From Tepidisphaera sp. (GTDB lineage Bacteria; Planctomycetota; Phycisphaerae; Phycisphaerales; UBA1924), in the NCBI GenBank assembly GCA_050916045.1, contig CP051526.1, forward strand, positions 3,552,001-3,616,000: DNA of 64,000 nt, read 5' to 3'. Numbering within the stretch: the first letter of the stretch is position 1; every line of letters starts with the position of its first letter. Made by a program: the position numbers and the translations under genes. Positions 39,980-49,591 of this stretch are shown piece after piece. The notes under the pieces were generated by a model that was given only the letters and a program-made list of their open reading frames with translations, was not told the origin of the DNA and made no database searches.

Positions 39980-41617
39980 ATGTCGTCACGAGGCGTTGTG
40001 GGAATCACGACGGCGGTCTTCGCCGCTGCGGCGGGGTTGGCGTTCGCGCCCCTCGCCCTCGCGGGCCCGCGCGAATCCGTGACCTTTTCGAACATCGAGT
40101 CGCGCGAGCGCGTGAACGACCCCGCCAACATCACCACCTCCACCACGTTCACGGGCGGGTACTCCGTCGGCCGTCTGCGCGTCACCGGAACGCTCACCGG
40201 CGTCATCCCCGCCTCTTTCGCGAGCGAAGCCCGCATCCGCGTCACGACGCCCCTCGGCCGCACCCTCACCCTCCAGCCCTTCATCACCAGCGCCTTCTCC
40301 GGCCCTCTCACCATCAACCCCGCCTACGAGCTCATCGTTCAGCCCGCCGAAGCCGACGCCGCCGGACTCTGGACCTTTCAGTTTTACGAAAGCCGCAACG
40401 ACGGAGCGGGCGCCGACGCCCTCTGGAACACGATCACCATCGAACTCGACGACGCTCCGCCGCCCCCCCCGCCCGGCGACCACACCACCGCACTCAACCT
40501 CGGCGAGATCGGAGCCGGCCAGACCGTCACGCACCACGAACCGGACTGGGACTTCTACCCCGGCGTCAAGTGGTACCGGTTCGATGTGCCCGTCCCCGTG
40601 ACGCCCGGCACAAGCACCTACCTCGACATCGATAGCAACCAGACCGCGTACGGCACCGGCAACGATGTCGTTACCGACACCGAAATCGCGCTCTTCAACC
40701 AGTCGGGCACGCTCATCGCCCAGGACGACGACGACGGCGAAGGTCTCGCAAGCCTGCTCAGCTTCGGAGCTATCTCCTCGCGTCCGGGCGGGTACCAAAG
40801 CCAGGACGGCACGCTGCCGCCCGGCACTTACTACCTCTGCGTCGCTCCCTTCAACGCGACCTTCGCGAGCGGGTTCTCGGTGACGACCAACAGCACCGCG
40901 TTCCCCGCCGATGTTCGCGTCCGTCTTTCGAGCGGGTTCACCTCGCCTCCCTCGGCACCCGCCGCGCTCGACATGGGAACCCTCCAGGGCGGTGGCGCGA
41001 TGCCGCCCGCCGACTTGCTCGCGCCCGGCGAGATCCACTGGTACACCTTCGAGCTCGCTTCGCCCATCGAAGCGGCGCTCCTGACGTTCTTCGATATCGA
41101 CACGGAAGGTTCGCTCCTCACCGATCCCGGATCGGGCACCGGCAACGACACGATCGCGGGCCTGTACGACGCGAGCGGCGTGCGCGTGCTCGTGGATGAT
41201 GACGATGGCTCGGGCCGGCTCACGCAGATGACCTTCGGGGGTGCAAGCACGACGGCGATCGTCGGCAACGGCTTGGCGTATAACGGCCGCGACGGGTCGC
41301 TTCCCGCAGGTCGATACTACCTCGCGGTGACGGGCTTTGGAAACACGGCCTTCGGACCAACCGGCTGGAGCGTGTACACCGAGCACGTCAAGTCCGGCAC
41401 GGTCGCGGTCCGGCTGTTCACGAACACGGGAGCCCCGACCTGTCCGGCGGACTTCAACGGCGACGGGTTCCTGGATTTCTTCGACTACGACGATTACGTC
41501 TTCTGCTTCGAAAGCGGGACCTGCCCGCCCGGGCGCACCGCGGACTTCAACGGGGACGACTTCGTGGACTTCTTCGACTACGACGATTTCGTCCTGAACT
41601 TCGAGACAGGCTGCTGA
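39980..41617 (+). CDS. Secreted protein with two tandem PPC-like (Ca-binding beta-sandwich) domains and a GC-type dockerin-like tail
   Basis: Signal ending ALA-G; duplicated DID...DT...L...SG....DDDDG.G...FG...DG.LP.G.YYL.V; tail CPADFNGDG...FETGC*. Confidence 0.85.
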   Translation: MSSRGVVGITTAVFAAAAGLAFAPLALAGPRESVTFSNIESRERVNDPANITTSTTFTGGYSVGRLRVTGTLTGVIPASFASEARIRVTTPLGRTLTLQPFITSAFSGPLTINPAYELIVQPAEADAAGLWTFQFYESRNDGAGADALWNTITIELDDAPPPPPPGDHTTALNLGEIGAGQTVTHHEPDWDFYPGVKWYRFDVPVPVTPGTSTYLDIDSNQTAYGTGNDVVTDTEIALFNQSGTLIAQDDDDGEGLASLLSFGAISSRPGGYQSQDGTLPPGTYYLCVAPFNATFASGFSVTTNSTAFPADVRVRLSSGFTSPPSAPAALDMGTLQGGGAMPPADLLAPGEIHWYTFELASPIEAALLTFFDIDTEGSLLTDPGSGTGNDTIAGLYDASGVRVLVDDDDGSGRLTQMTFGGASTTAIVGNGLAYNGRDGSLPAGRYYLAVTGFGNTAFGPTGWSVYTEHVKSGTVAVRLFTNTGAPTCPADFNGDGFLDFFDYDDYVFCFESGTCPPGRTADFNGDDFVDFFDYDDFVLNFETGC

Positions 41618-41780
41618 GTTTCGGGACCTGCGGCAGAGGTCCGCCCACAAGCGGTCGGTCGTGAGGCAAGCGACGCCTGCGCGGAAGTTTGGGGGCGCAA
41701 GGGCTGCGCCCGGTCTGGAAACACGCTCACGATTCGCGGAGCATCATCTCCCCGGAACTCGCCGCCGATGGTGGGTGACG

Positions 41781-43466
41781 ATGACGCGCCACACCGAATC
41801 GTCCGATCACTCGTTCCCTCGCGCCCGCCACGCCGAGGCTGTTCCGGCTTCCTTCGCGCCGTGGTTCGCCGCGGCGTGGGTCTTTCCCGTGCTTGCGGCG
41901 TGCGCGGTGGTGCTGACGGGCCATGTGCTGGGCGTGACGTGGCTTGCCGAGACCTCGCTTGGCATCCCCGCCGGCTTGTGGATCGTGCTGATCACGGGCC
42001 TCGGGGCCCAAGCGGCTTCGCGTCGCCGGCAGGTGGCCGCCGCGAGCGCCGACACGTACATCGTGCCGGTCGCCGATGCTCCGCGGTTCACCGCGCCTGT
42101 CTCCATCCCCGCCGCAACGACCGCGCCGGTGACCTTCCCGGCGGTGACGACGACTCCGGCTGCTTCGCCCGTCGCGGCGCCCGCGCCTGCCTCAAAGCCC
42201 GAATCCAACCCCGCTCCCGTCACGGCGAGCGAACCCGCGACGCCGACGCACACGGCGGCGGCCAAACCCGCTCCCAAGCGGGCCGCTTCCCTTCGCCCGA
42301 CGTGGCCGACGGACCCGTTCCGCCGCTGCGGGCTCACGATCCTGAGCAACACCGCCCGCACGTTCGAGAGCGTGGGCGGAGCGCAGGGCGGACTCGCCGA
42401 ATCCATCGCTCGCCGCTTGGACGAGCGCGGCTCAGCCACGCGCCCGCTCCGCGTGGGCATGATGCTCGACGATCGTCTGGCCGAACTTCTGGCGGACGGC
42501 TCCCTCCGCGACGTGGAATGGCTCCGCACCGAGGGCACCTCGCCGTCGCTCGCCATGTCCGTGCAGAACCTTGACGCGGTCGTGACCCGAGCCGGAGAGG
42601 ATGAGCCCGATTCCCTCGTCGTGCGCACGCGTGAGCACGCGGCCCGCGAAGCCGGCTGGTTCGACTGGGGCTCCCCCCGCCCGATGACCTACTTCTCGAT
42701 CTTTCCCCTCCGCCTTGACGCAAGCCGCGTGACGCTGCCCGGCCTCGTGCGTTCGCTCGAGCAGGGCGAGACCCCCGCGCTCGCGGTCGCTCGTCGCGTG
42801 ATCCGCCTGGCCGCGCTCCTGAGCCGGTCGCCCTCCCGCGTCACCCTCGCCGACCGGCTGTCCGGCCGCGCGGCCGTCGTGCGGGGCGTCCGCCCGGACC
42901 TGGTCGCCGACGCGCTGCGTGAATCCACCGAGCTCCTGAGCGATCCGATCACGCCCACCGAGCGTGCGGCCGCCCGCGTCGCCAGCGCGTGGATCGCGAC
43001 CGAAAACGACGCTCTGTCCGACGCGGAACGCTGCCGCTTGGCCGACCTGGCGGCCCACGCCGCCGGCGATGAGCCCGAGGTCATGCTCCGCGTCGCCGCC
43101 GTGCGTCTCTCTCTGCTGGACGAACATCTCGGCATCGACGCCCTCGCCCGGGCCGACCGCATGATCCGCCAGCGCGGGACGCTCGGCGGCCTCGACCACC
43201 TCAAGCTGCTGCAAGCCGAGCTTGAGCACGGCACCTACGGCGACATGACCATCGGCCGTGTCGCGGCGGGCGTCTGCTTGGCGTGCGCCGCGACCCCCGC
43301 GGACCGCATCGCGTTCCTCAAGGACGACCTCCTCGAGGATTTCCGGTTCAGCCACTACCTGACCGGCCGCGACCAGGACCACGCCGTCCTTCTGGAGGTC
43401 TTCCGCGAACTGGAACGCAACCGTCGAGCGGAGTCCTTCGGCCTTCCCGCCGCGAAAGCCGCCTGA
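41781..43466 (+). CDS. Hypothetical protein: two N-terminal TM helices, Pro/Ala/Thr linker, helical C-terminal domain
   Basis: Long ORF with host-like codon usage filling the gap between neighbours; no family recognised; start uncertain. Confidence 0.7.
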   Translation: MTRHTESSDHSFPRARHAEAVPASFAPWFAAAWVFPVLAACAVVLTGHVLGVTWLAETSLGIPAGLWIVLITGLGAQAASRRRQVAAASADTYIVPVADAPRFTAPVSIPAATTAPVTFPAVTTTPAASPVAAPAPASKPESNPAPVTASEPATPTHTAAAKPAPKRAASLRPTWPTDPFRRCGLTILSNTARTFESVGGAQGGLAESIARRLDERGSATRPLRVGMMLDDRLAELLADGSLRDVEWLRTEGTSPSLAMSVQNLDAVVTRAGEDEPDSLVVRTREHAAREAGWFDWGSPRPMTYFSIFPLRLDASRVTLPGLVRSLEQGETPALAVARRVIRLAALLSRSPSRVTLADRLSGRAAVVRGVRPDLVADALRESTELLSDPITPTERAAARVASAWIATENDALSDAERCRLADLAAHAAGDEPEVMLRVAAVRLSLLDEHLGIDALARADRMIRQRGTLGGLDHLKLLQAELEHGTYGDMTIGRVAAGVCLACAATPADRIAFLKDDLLEDFRFSHYLTGRDQDHAVLLEVFRELERNRRAESFGLPAAKAA

Positions 43467-43474
43467 ACGCCCGC

Positions 43475-44818
43475 CTACCGCTGGAAGTCGTACACGGTCC
43501 CCAAGCCGAGGATCCCCGTCAGCTCATCCAGCGCACGCTTTGACATCTCAAGCACGCGCGGATCGTGCAGGTCGTGCGGCGTCAGCTCCTCCGGATAGTG
43601 CCGCGTCACCCACTCCTGAAGCTCATCGAGCTTCTCGTGCGTCGCGAGGCACCTGGGGTTCACCGCCGCCACCTCCGCTTGCGTGAACGGAACGCGAAGC
43701 CGCAAGCACGCCGGCCCGCCCCCGTTCCGCATGCTCTCGCGCAGATTCATGTAGTGCACCGCCGCGATCGGGTTCGACGGGTCCGCCACCGTGCGGTTGA
43801 TGAGCCCGCGCACGCCCTCGTGCTCATAGCTCTCCGTGGGCGCCAGCAGCGCCATCGTGCCGTCCGGAAGCGAGACAAGCTGCGAGTTGAACAAGTACGT
43901 CCGCACGCACGCCGACACCGGCACCTCGCTGTCGCTCACCCGCACGGGGCAGAACGCCGGGCCCAAGAGCGACTCAAGCCGGTCGCGCACGGCTTCCTCG
44001 CTCGCGAACGCCCGCTCGTGGTAGAAAAGCACGCGTCCATTGCCCACCGCGATGACATCGTTATGAAAGACACCCTCGTCGATCACATCCGGGTTCTGCT
44101 GCGCGAAGACCACGCGGTCCAGGTCGAGCTTGTGCCGCCGCGCGATCGCCTGGCTCGCTTGGAGCGTCTGCCTCGCGGGATAAAGCTTGGGCTTGGGCGC
44201 CTGCCGATTCCCGAAGTGCGCCCCGTACACGAACAGATGCACCCCAGGCCCGGGCGTGCTTGGCTCAACATCGTCATAAAGCCGCGTGTGGTTCGCCGCG
44301 CCCTCATCCCCGTACGCATCCGCGCCGGGCAGAGCATCGTGATGGGCGAACCGCGACTCGTCCGCGAAGATGGCTCTCAGAATGCGGCCGGTCACGGGCG
44401 GCTCGATCGACCGGTGGAACATCGCCCGAAGGTTCGCCGGCGTGAAGTGCACGCGATGGTCCGCGGTGTCCGCGCTGGGCGAGACCGTCGCCGCGTTGGC
44501 CGTCCACATCGCCGAAGCCGAGCACGCCTGCGCCAGAAGCACCGGGTCCTCCGCTGCCACCCGCGCCAGCACCTGCTCGTCGGTCCCGTCATACCCAAGA
44601 CCGCGAAGCGTCGGCACATGCGGCCGCTCATGCGGCGGCAAGATCCCCTGCACCATGCCAAGATCGATCAGCTTGCGCATCTTCGCAAGCCCCTGCAGCG
44701 CCGCGTCGCGCGGACGCGACACCGCCCCGGCGTTTCCCGCCGACGCGACGTTCCCGTACGAAAGCCCGGCGTAGTTATGCGTCGGCCCCACCAGCCCGTC
44801 AAAGTTCACTTCGGTCAT
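43475..44818 (-). CDS. astB: N-succinylarginine dihydrolase
   Basis: EVNFDGLVGPTHNYAGLS, SASAMWTANAATVSPS, GDEGAANH, GVFHNDVI, YLFNSQL, NGGGPACLRLRV. Confidence 0.96.
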   Translation of the reverse strand: MTEVNFDGLVGPTHNYAGLSYGNVASAGNAGAVSRPRDAALQGLAKMRKLIDLGMVQGILPPHERPHVPTLRGLGYDGTDEQVLARVAAEDPVLLAQACSASAMWTANAATVSPSADTADHRVHFTPANLRAMFHRSIEPPVTGRILRAIFADESRFAHHDALPGADAYGDEGAANHTRLYDDVEPSTPGPGVHLFVYGAHFGNRQAPKPKLYPARQTLQASQAIARRHKLDLDRVVFAQQNPDVIDEGVFHNDVIAVGNGRVLFYHERAFASEEAVRDRLESLLGPAFCPVRVSDSEVPVSACVRTYLFNSQLVSLPDGTMALLAPTESYEHEGVRGLINRTVADPSNPIAAVHYMNLRESMRNGGGPACLRLRVPFTQAEVAAVNPRCLATHEKLDELQEWVTRHYPEELTPHDLHDPRVLEMSKRALDELTGILGLGTVYDFQR

Positions 44819-44850
44819 GCCCGATCATTGACCGCCCGGACGCCCATCGC

Positions 44851-45219
44851 TCACGCCCGCCCTGAACCCTCGCCACACTCCGGGCACGTCCCCGACTTCA
44901 CCCCCGTCAGGTCATACCCGCACGACCGGCACCCGCCCGGCCCGGGCAGCCCCACCATCACCATTCTCGCCACAACCCCCGCGCCGAGCAACAGCACCAC
45001 CCCAGCGACCGGCGGCCAAGCCGCGTCGACAAGCCCGTTCCACGCGTCCCCCACTTGCTTGGATGAAGTCACGCCCGATGCGAACTGCACCCGGGCCCGC
45101 GAGACGTGCCCCCACGCCGTCCACGCTTCGAACACCCGCGGCAGATTCCACACGAGCAGCACCGCCGCAACCGCCCGCACCAAGACCGTGACATCCCGTC
45201 GGCTCAACTGGTCTCGCAT
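44851..45219 (-). CDS. Small membrane protein with C-terminal zinc ribbon
   Basis: Two TM helices then CRSCGYDLTG...CPECG. Confidence 0.75.
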   Translation of the reverse strand: MRDQLSRRDVTVLVRAVAAVLLVWNLPRVFEAWTAWGHVSRARVQFASGVTSSKQVGDAWNGLVDAAWPPVAGVVLLLGAGVVARMVMVGLPGPGGCRSCGYDLTGVKSGTCPECGEGSGRA

Positions 45220-45231
45220 CGCAGCCTCCGC

Positions 45232-45576
45232 TTAGCTCGCCTTCGCCTCGAAGCGTCCGCATCCCGGGCATGTCGTAGCCCCCGCCGACGCCAGATCGTA
45301 CCCGCAGCGTTGGCAGTGCCCCGCCGGATAAAGCCCACGGGCCACGATCTGCGCAAACCATGTCGCCTTGAGAACACACATCAGGCCGATCGCAATGCCC
45401 ACGAACGGGTACATAAGCAACTCGAGAGCCGCCAAGGCAAAGTTGTCGCTGTAGGACGCGCGACTCTCCCCACCCGAGAGATGCGCGACGGTGCCCAAGA
45501 GGGTCGGCACATTCGACACCGTGATCCACACTCCCACCACACGCACCAAAATCACCGCCAGAACAAACGGGTTCAT
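45232..45576 (-). CDS. Small membrane protein with C-terminal zinc ribbon
   Basis: Two TM helices then CQRCGYDLAS...CPGCG; ATG overlaps the astD stop (ATGA). Confidence 0.75.
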   Translation of the reverse strand: MNPFVLAVILVRVVGVWITVSNVPTLLGTVAHLSGGESRASYSDNFALAALELLMYPFVGIAIGLMCVLKATWFAQIVARGLYPAGHCQRCGYDLASAGATTCPGCGRFEAKAS

Positions 45577-47105
45577 GACAACCACCCTTCCTCAAACCGC
45601 ATCCCCGTCGGCACCGTCGCCGCCGCTCCGCTCTCAATCATCCCCGCCACCGGATACGCGCAGTAATCCAGGCTGAAGCTGCCCGCCGGCCGGTGGTTCC
45701 CCGAAAGCCCCAGGCCGCCGAAGGGCAGCTTGCTGCTCGCGCCCGCCGTGCCGGTGTTCACGTTCACACAGCCCGCGCGGGCTTCGTGCAGGAACCGCTC
45801 GATCGAAGCCGCATCCTTCGTAAAGATCGACGCCGCAAGCCCGTACCGCGTCGCGTTCGCCTGCTCGATCGCCTCATCAAGCGATTTCACCACCGCGACG
45901 CGAAGCAGCGGGCCGAAGACCTCGATATCCGCCCCGCCGCCGCCCTCGATCGTGAACCGGTCCACTCGCATCACCCCCGGCGTGACGAACCACCCCTCGC
46001 CGTCGAGGGCCGAGCACGCCATCAGCGACTCCCCGCCCGCTTTCACAAACGCCGCCTGAGCTTCGAGAATACCGCGTCGCGCCGCTTCGGAAATGACCGG
46101 GCCCATGAAGACCGGGTGCGGAGCGTCGGGCTGACCGATGATGAGGTTGCTCGCGGCTTTGCACACCGCTTTGATCACCCGATCGGCAACCGCTTCGTGC
46201 ACGACGAGCCGTCGCGTGCAGGTGCAGCGCTGGCCGGTGGTGACGAAAGCCGACCGCACGCACTCGATCACGGCCTGCTTGAGATCCGCGTCGGGCATGA
46301 TGACCGCCGCGTTATTGCCGCCCATCTCAAGAGCGCAGATCTTTCCGGGCGAATCGAGATTGGCTTCCAAGATCGCCCGACCCACGGGCCAGGACCCGGT
46401 GAAAAGCACACCATCGACGCCGGGATGCCGAACGAGCTTCTGCGCGACGTCCGCACGCCCCTGGACGAGGTTCACGACGCCGCGCGGGGCCCCTTCGGCT
46501 TCGAGAGCTTCCTGAAGCAGTTCCGCGAGCATCTGGCCGCACGCGGGGGTCTTGTCGCTGGGCTTGAACACGATCGTGTTGCCCATGAGCAGCGCCGGCA
46601 CGATGTGCCCGTTGGGGAGGTGCATCGGAAAGTTGAAGGGGCCGAGCACAGCCATCACGCCGTGCGGGCGGAACCACGCTTTGCCCTGCCGCGTTTCGGC
46701 GAGCTTGGTTTCCATCCCCGCGACGCGTCGGAACGCACCCTCGGGGCTCTGGTCCAGCGTGATGTCGACCTTGTTGCCCAGGAGCCCGGCTTCGGCTTTG
46801 GAATCCCACATGACCTTGCCGGTCTCATCGCGGATGAGGGTCGCGATGGCGTCCTGTCGTTCGGCGCAGAGCTTCTGGTAACGCCGAAGCACGCCCATCC
46901 GCTTCTCAAGCGACCACCGCGACCAAGTGAGGCCGGCTTCGTGAGCGGCGGCGACCGCGCGATCAACGTGCGAGACCTCGGTGCCGCCGGACCAGACCAC
47001 CGAGGAGGGCTTGGCCGGGTTCTGGCTCGTGAGAGATCCCGGAGCGGGGTGCCACGCGCCCGCGATGAGATCCGAAGCATCATGTTGAAGCGAGGGATGG
47101 TGCAT
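45573..47105 (-). CDS. astD: N-succinylglutamate 5-semialdehyde dehydrogenase
   Basis: RPHGVMAVLGPFNFPMHLPNGHIVPALL, FTGS, ALEMGGNN, TGQRCTC, PFGGLGLSGNHRPAG; upstream of astB. Confidence 0.92.
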   Translation of the reverse strand: MHHPSLQHDASDLIAGAWHPAPGSLTSQNPAKPSSVVWSGGTEVSHVDRAVAAAHEAGLTWSRWSLEKRMGVLRRYQKLCAERQDAIATLIRDETGKVMWDSKAEAGLLGNKVDITLDQSPEGAFRRVAGMETKLAETRQGKAWFRPHGVMAVLGPFNFPMHLPNGHIVPALLMGNTIVFKPSDKTPACGQMLAELLQEALEAEGAPRGVVNLVQGRADVAQKLVRHPGVDGVLFTGSWPVGRAILEANLDSPGKICALEMGGNNAAVIMPDADLKQAVIECVRSAFVTTGQRCTCTRRLVVHEAVADRVIKAVCKAASNLIIGQPDAPHPVFMGPVISEAARRGILEAQAAFVKAGGESLMACSALDGEGWFVTPGVMRVDRFTIEGGGGADIEVFGPLLRVAVVKSLDEAIEQANATRYGLAASIFTKDAASIERFLHEARAGCVNVNTGTAGASSKLPFGGLGLSGNHRPAGSFSLDYCAYPVAGMIESGAAATVPTGMRFEEGWLS

Positions 47106-47150
47106 CGCGAAGATTAGGGTGCCTCGCGAAGGACCCGTCCGGCCCACCGC

Positions 47151-49502
47151 TTACTTGGGCCGCCGGCTCTCCCGGAGCACTTCGCAAGCGTCCAGCAGGC
47201 GGGCCACCCGGGCTCGGATCGAAGGACCCAGGGGCTCCAGCGCCGCGACGGCCCGCTGCGTCTCTTCGAAGAGGTCATCCGCTTCGGTGAAGCGTCCGGC
47301 GTCGCACGACACGGCGATCTGCGTTCGGCGGAGTTGAAGGATCGCCGCCAGATGCGTCGCGTCCTGATCGGTCAAACGAGCCAGCACCCGCGCGACCACC
47401 GCGTCCGATCGGTCCAGATCCCCCATCGCCTGCCACGCGGTCGCGGCGAGCTCGGTCGCGTCAAGCGTGGCCTGATGCGTCGGGCCCAGCGCGGCCAGGG
47501 CCGAATCGGCCGCCGTTTCGGCGAACGGCGCCGCTTCTTTGGCTCGCCCTTCCGCGAGAAGCACCGACGCGAGCACGCACCGCGTCCGCACCAGCGAAGG
47601 ATGCCCGGCGGGAAGGCGTGCTTCGTGCCAGATGAGTTCCGCTTTGGCGAGCGGGAGGGCTTCCCCGAACCTCGACAGCGCCGCGAGTGATTCGATCTTC
47701 ACCCGAACCGCTTCCGCACGGTACGAGACCGGAGCGCCGACGCCCGGCTCGGGAAGCGTCAGACCTGAGATCAAGTCCAAAGCCCGCGCGGAGGATCGCC
47801 GCGTCAGCGCGAGCCTCGCGAGTTCGACCGTCGCCGGACCGATCAGGCTTTCGCGGCGAGGATCCGCTTCGGGCAGGCCTCTGGCGGAGGCGAGAGCACG
47901 CTCGAGGATCGGCTCCGCTTCGTCAAGGCGGACATCCTGCACGTAAAGCCTGCCGAGCGCGGTGAGAGCCTCCGAGAGCTCGGCTTTGGCTTGCGAAGCT
48001 TCTCCGCACGCGACCGCGTCCATGGCGGCGGCGACGGCTTTATCGAGCTGGCCCCAGCTTTCGTGCGCTCGGGCGAGTTCGATCAGCCCCATGGCACGCT
48101 CGGCGCTCCGAGCTCCGAAAGCTCGCTCGCCCGCCTGTGCCGCACGCTCACCGTAACACACAGCCCGCTCGTGAAGCGCGAGATCGCGGTACGCGACCGA
48201 GAGGGTGCGGGCCACCGCGAACTCGACCTCCGCGTATTTCGGCGGCTCGGCGTCAAGACGGCGTGCCGCGGCGTCAAGAACGTCCGCGACGCGGGCATCT
48301 CGGCCAAGGCCCTCGACGCCGGGGCTGAGGACCAGTTCGTTCATCAGCGAGGAGACCGCCTGGGCGACGCTCCGGTCGCGTTCGGACTCTCGCGCTCGGG
48401 CTTCGGCCTGCTGCGTCAGGGCCTTTGCTCGCTCGGCCGCGTCGCGCGACTGGATCACGAGGACCATCCCCGCGACCATCGCGACGATGCCAGCCGCGAC
48501 CACCGCCGGATGACGCTTGACGAAACGACGCAGGCCCTGCACCATGCTCGCGCGGCGGGCGAGGATCGGTTCATCGGCTTGGTAGCGACGCAGGTCCGCG
48601 GCAAGCTCATCGACGGTCTGGTACCGAAGCTCCGGCTCACGGTCCATCGCGCGACGCACGATCGTCTCGAGATCTCCGCGAAGCGACGGGTCCGCCGCCG
48701 CGAGATCGGGCGAGCCGGCTTCCCGGAGTCGCTGGATCGCCAGCGCGGCCGGAAGCGTCGAGACGTCGATCGGAGGCTTGCCCGCTAGGAGTTCAAACAG
48801 CATCACCCCCAGCGCGTAGACATCGCTCCGCGTGTCGATCACATCGCCCTCGCGCTCAAGCTGCTCCGGGCTGATGTACGGGAGCGTGCCCATCACCTGG
48901 CCCGACACCGTCAGCCGCGTCGCCGCGTCGGGCTCGACGAGGGAAGCAAGCCCGAAATCGACGACCTTTGGCTGGTCGTCCGCACCGACGAGCACGTTGC
49001 CGGGCTTGAGATCGCGGTGAATCACGCCGCGGCGGTGCGCGTACGCGACCGCTTCGCACACCTGCAGGAAGACCGCGAGGCGTTTGTCCAGGTCCCACCC
49101 GCGCTGCGACGCCGCGCGGCTCATCGAAACGCCCGCGACATACTCAAGCACGACATACGGCTCGCGAGCGGGCCCGTTGCCGGTCCACCCCGCGTGCAGG
49201 AGGCGGGCGATCCCCGTGTGCTGCAGCTTCTGAAGGATCCGGGCTTCGCGCGTGAGACGTCGGGCGGTCTCGTCGCTGGCGAGGGAAGCCCGGAGCATCT
49301 TGATCGCCACATCGCGGCCGGACTGCGTGTGTTTGGCGTGGTACACCACGCCCATCCCACCCACACCCAGCGGAGCGATGAGCTCATACCCCTCGGGCAT
49401 CCGCGCGGGCACGGAAACGCCGTCGTCCTGCTCATCCTCGATGAGCAGGTCCCGCGCGAAGACACCGGCTTGTTTCGGATCCAGGATCATCCGGAATTGC
49501 AC
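47151..49502 (-). CDS. Hanks-type Ser/Thr protein kinase with TM helix and TPR-like C-terminus (start uncertain)
   Basis: GVGGMGVVY, VAIKML, HRDLKPGN, DFG, GTLPYISPE, SDVYALG; TM AVVAAGIVAMVAGMVLVI; helical repeats. Confidence 0.93.
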   Translation of the reverse strand: MQFRMILDPKQAGVFARDLLIEDEQDDGVSVPARMPEGYELIAPLGVGGMGVVYHAKHTQSGRDVAIKMLRASLASDETARRLTREARILQKLQHTGIARLLHAGWTGNGPAREPYVVLEYVAGVSMSRAASQRGWDLDKRLAVFLQVCEAVAYAHRRGVIHRDLKPGNVLVGADDQPKVVDFGLASLVEPDAATRLTVSGQVMGTLPYISPEQLEREGDVIDTRSDVYALGVMLFELLAGKPPIDVSTLPAALAIQRLREAGSPDLAAADPSLRGDLETIVRRAMDREPELRYQTVDELAADLRRYQADEPILARRASMVQGLRRFVKRHPAVVAAGIVAMVAGMVLVIQSRDAAERAKALTQQAEARARESERDRSVAQAVSSLMNELVLSPGVEGLGRDARVADVLDAAARRLDAEPPKYAEVEFAVARTLSVAYRDLALHERAVCYGERAAQAGERAFGARSAERAMGLIELARAHESWGQLDKAVAAAMDAVACGEASQAKAELSEALTALGRLYVQDVRLDEAEPILERALASARGLPEADPRRESLIGPATVELARLALTRRSSARALDLISGLTLPEPGVGAPVSYRAEAVRVKIESLAALSRFGEALPLAKAELIWHEARLPAGHPSLVRTRCVLASVLLAEGRAKEAAPFAETAADSALAALGPTHQATLDATELAATAWQAMGDLDRSDAVVARVLARLTDQDATHLAAILQLRRTQIAVSCDAGRFTEADDLFEETQRAVAALEPLGPSIRARVARLLDACEVLRESRRPK

Positions 49503-49591
49503 CTCGCCAAGCCCAACGCTTCACCCTTCACGCCGCTTGCCAGTATCATCGGCGGTCCGCCCCCACCACGCATGGGTCGCGAACGTTCCCG

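Noticed and set aside
39586..41617. Diversity-generating retroelement template/variable repeats suggested by similar 3' ends
   Set aside because: No reverse transcriptase in the window; differences are not adenine-specific and all copies are coding C-termini.
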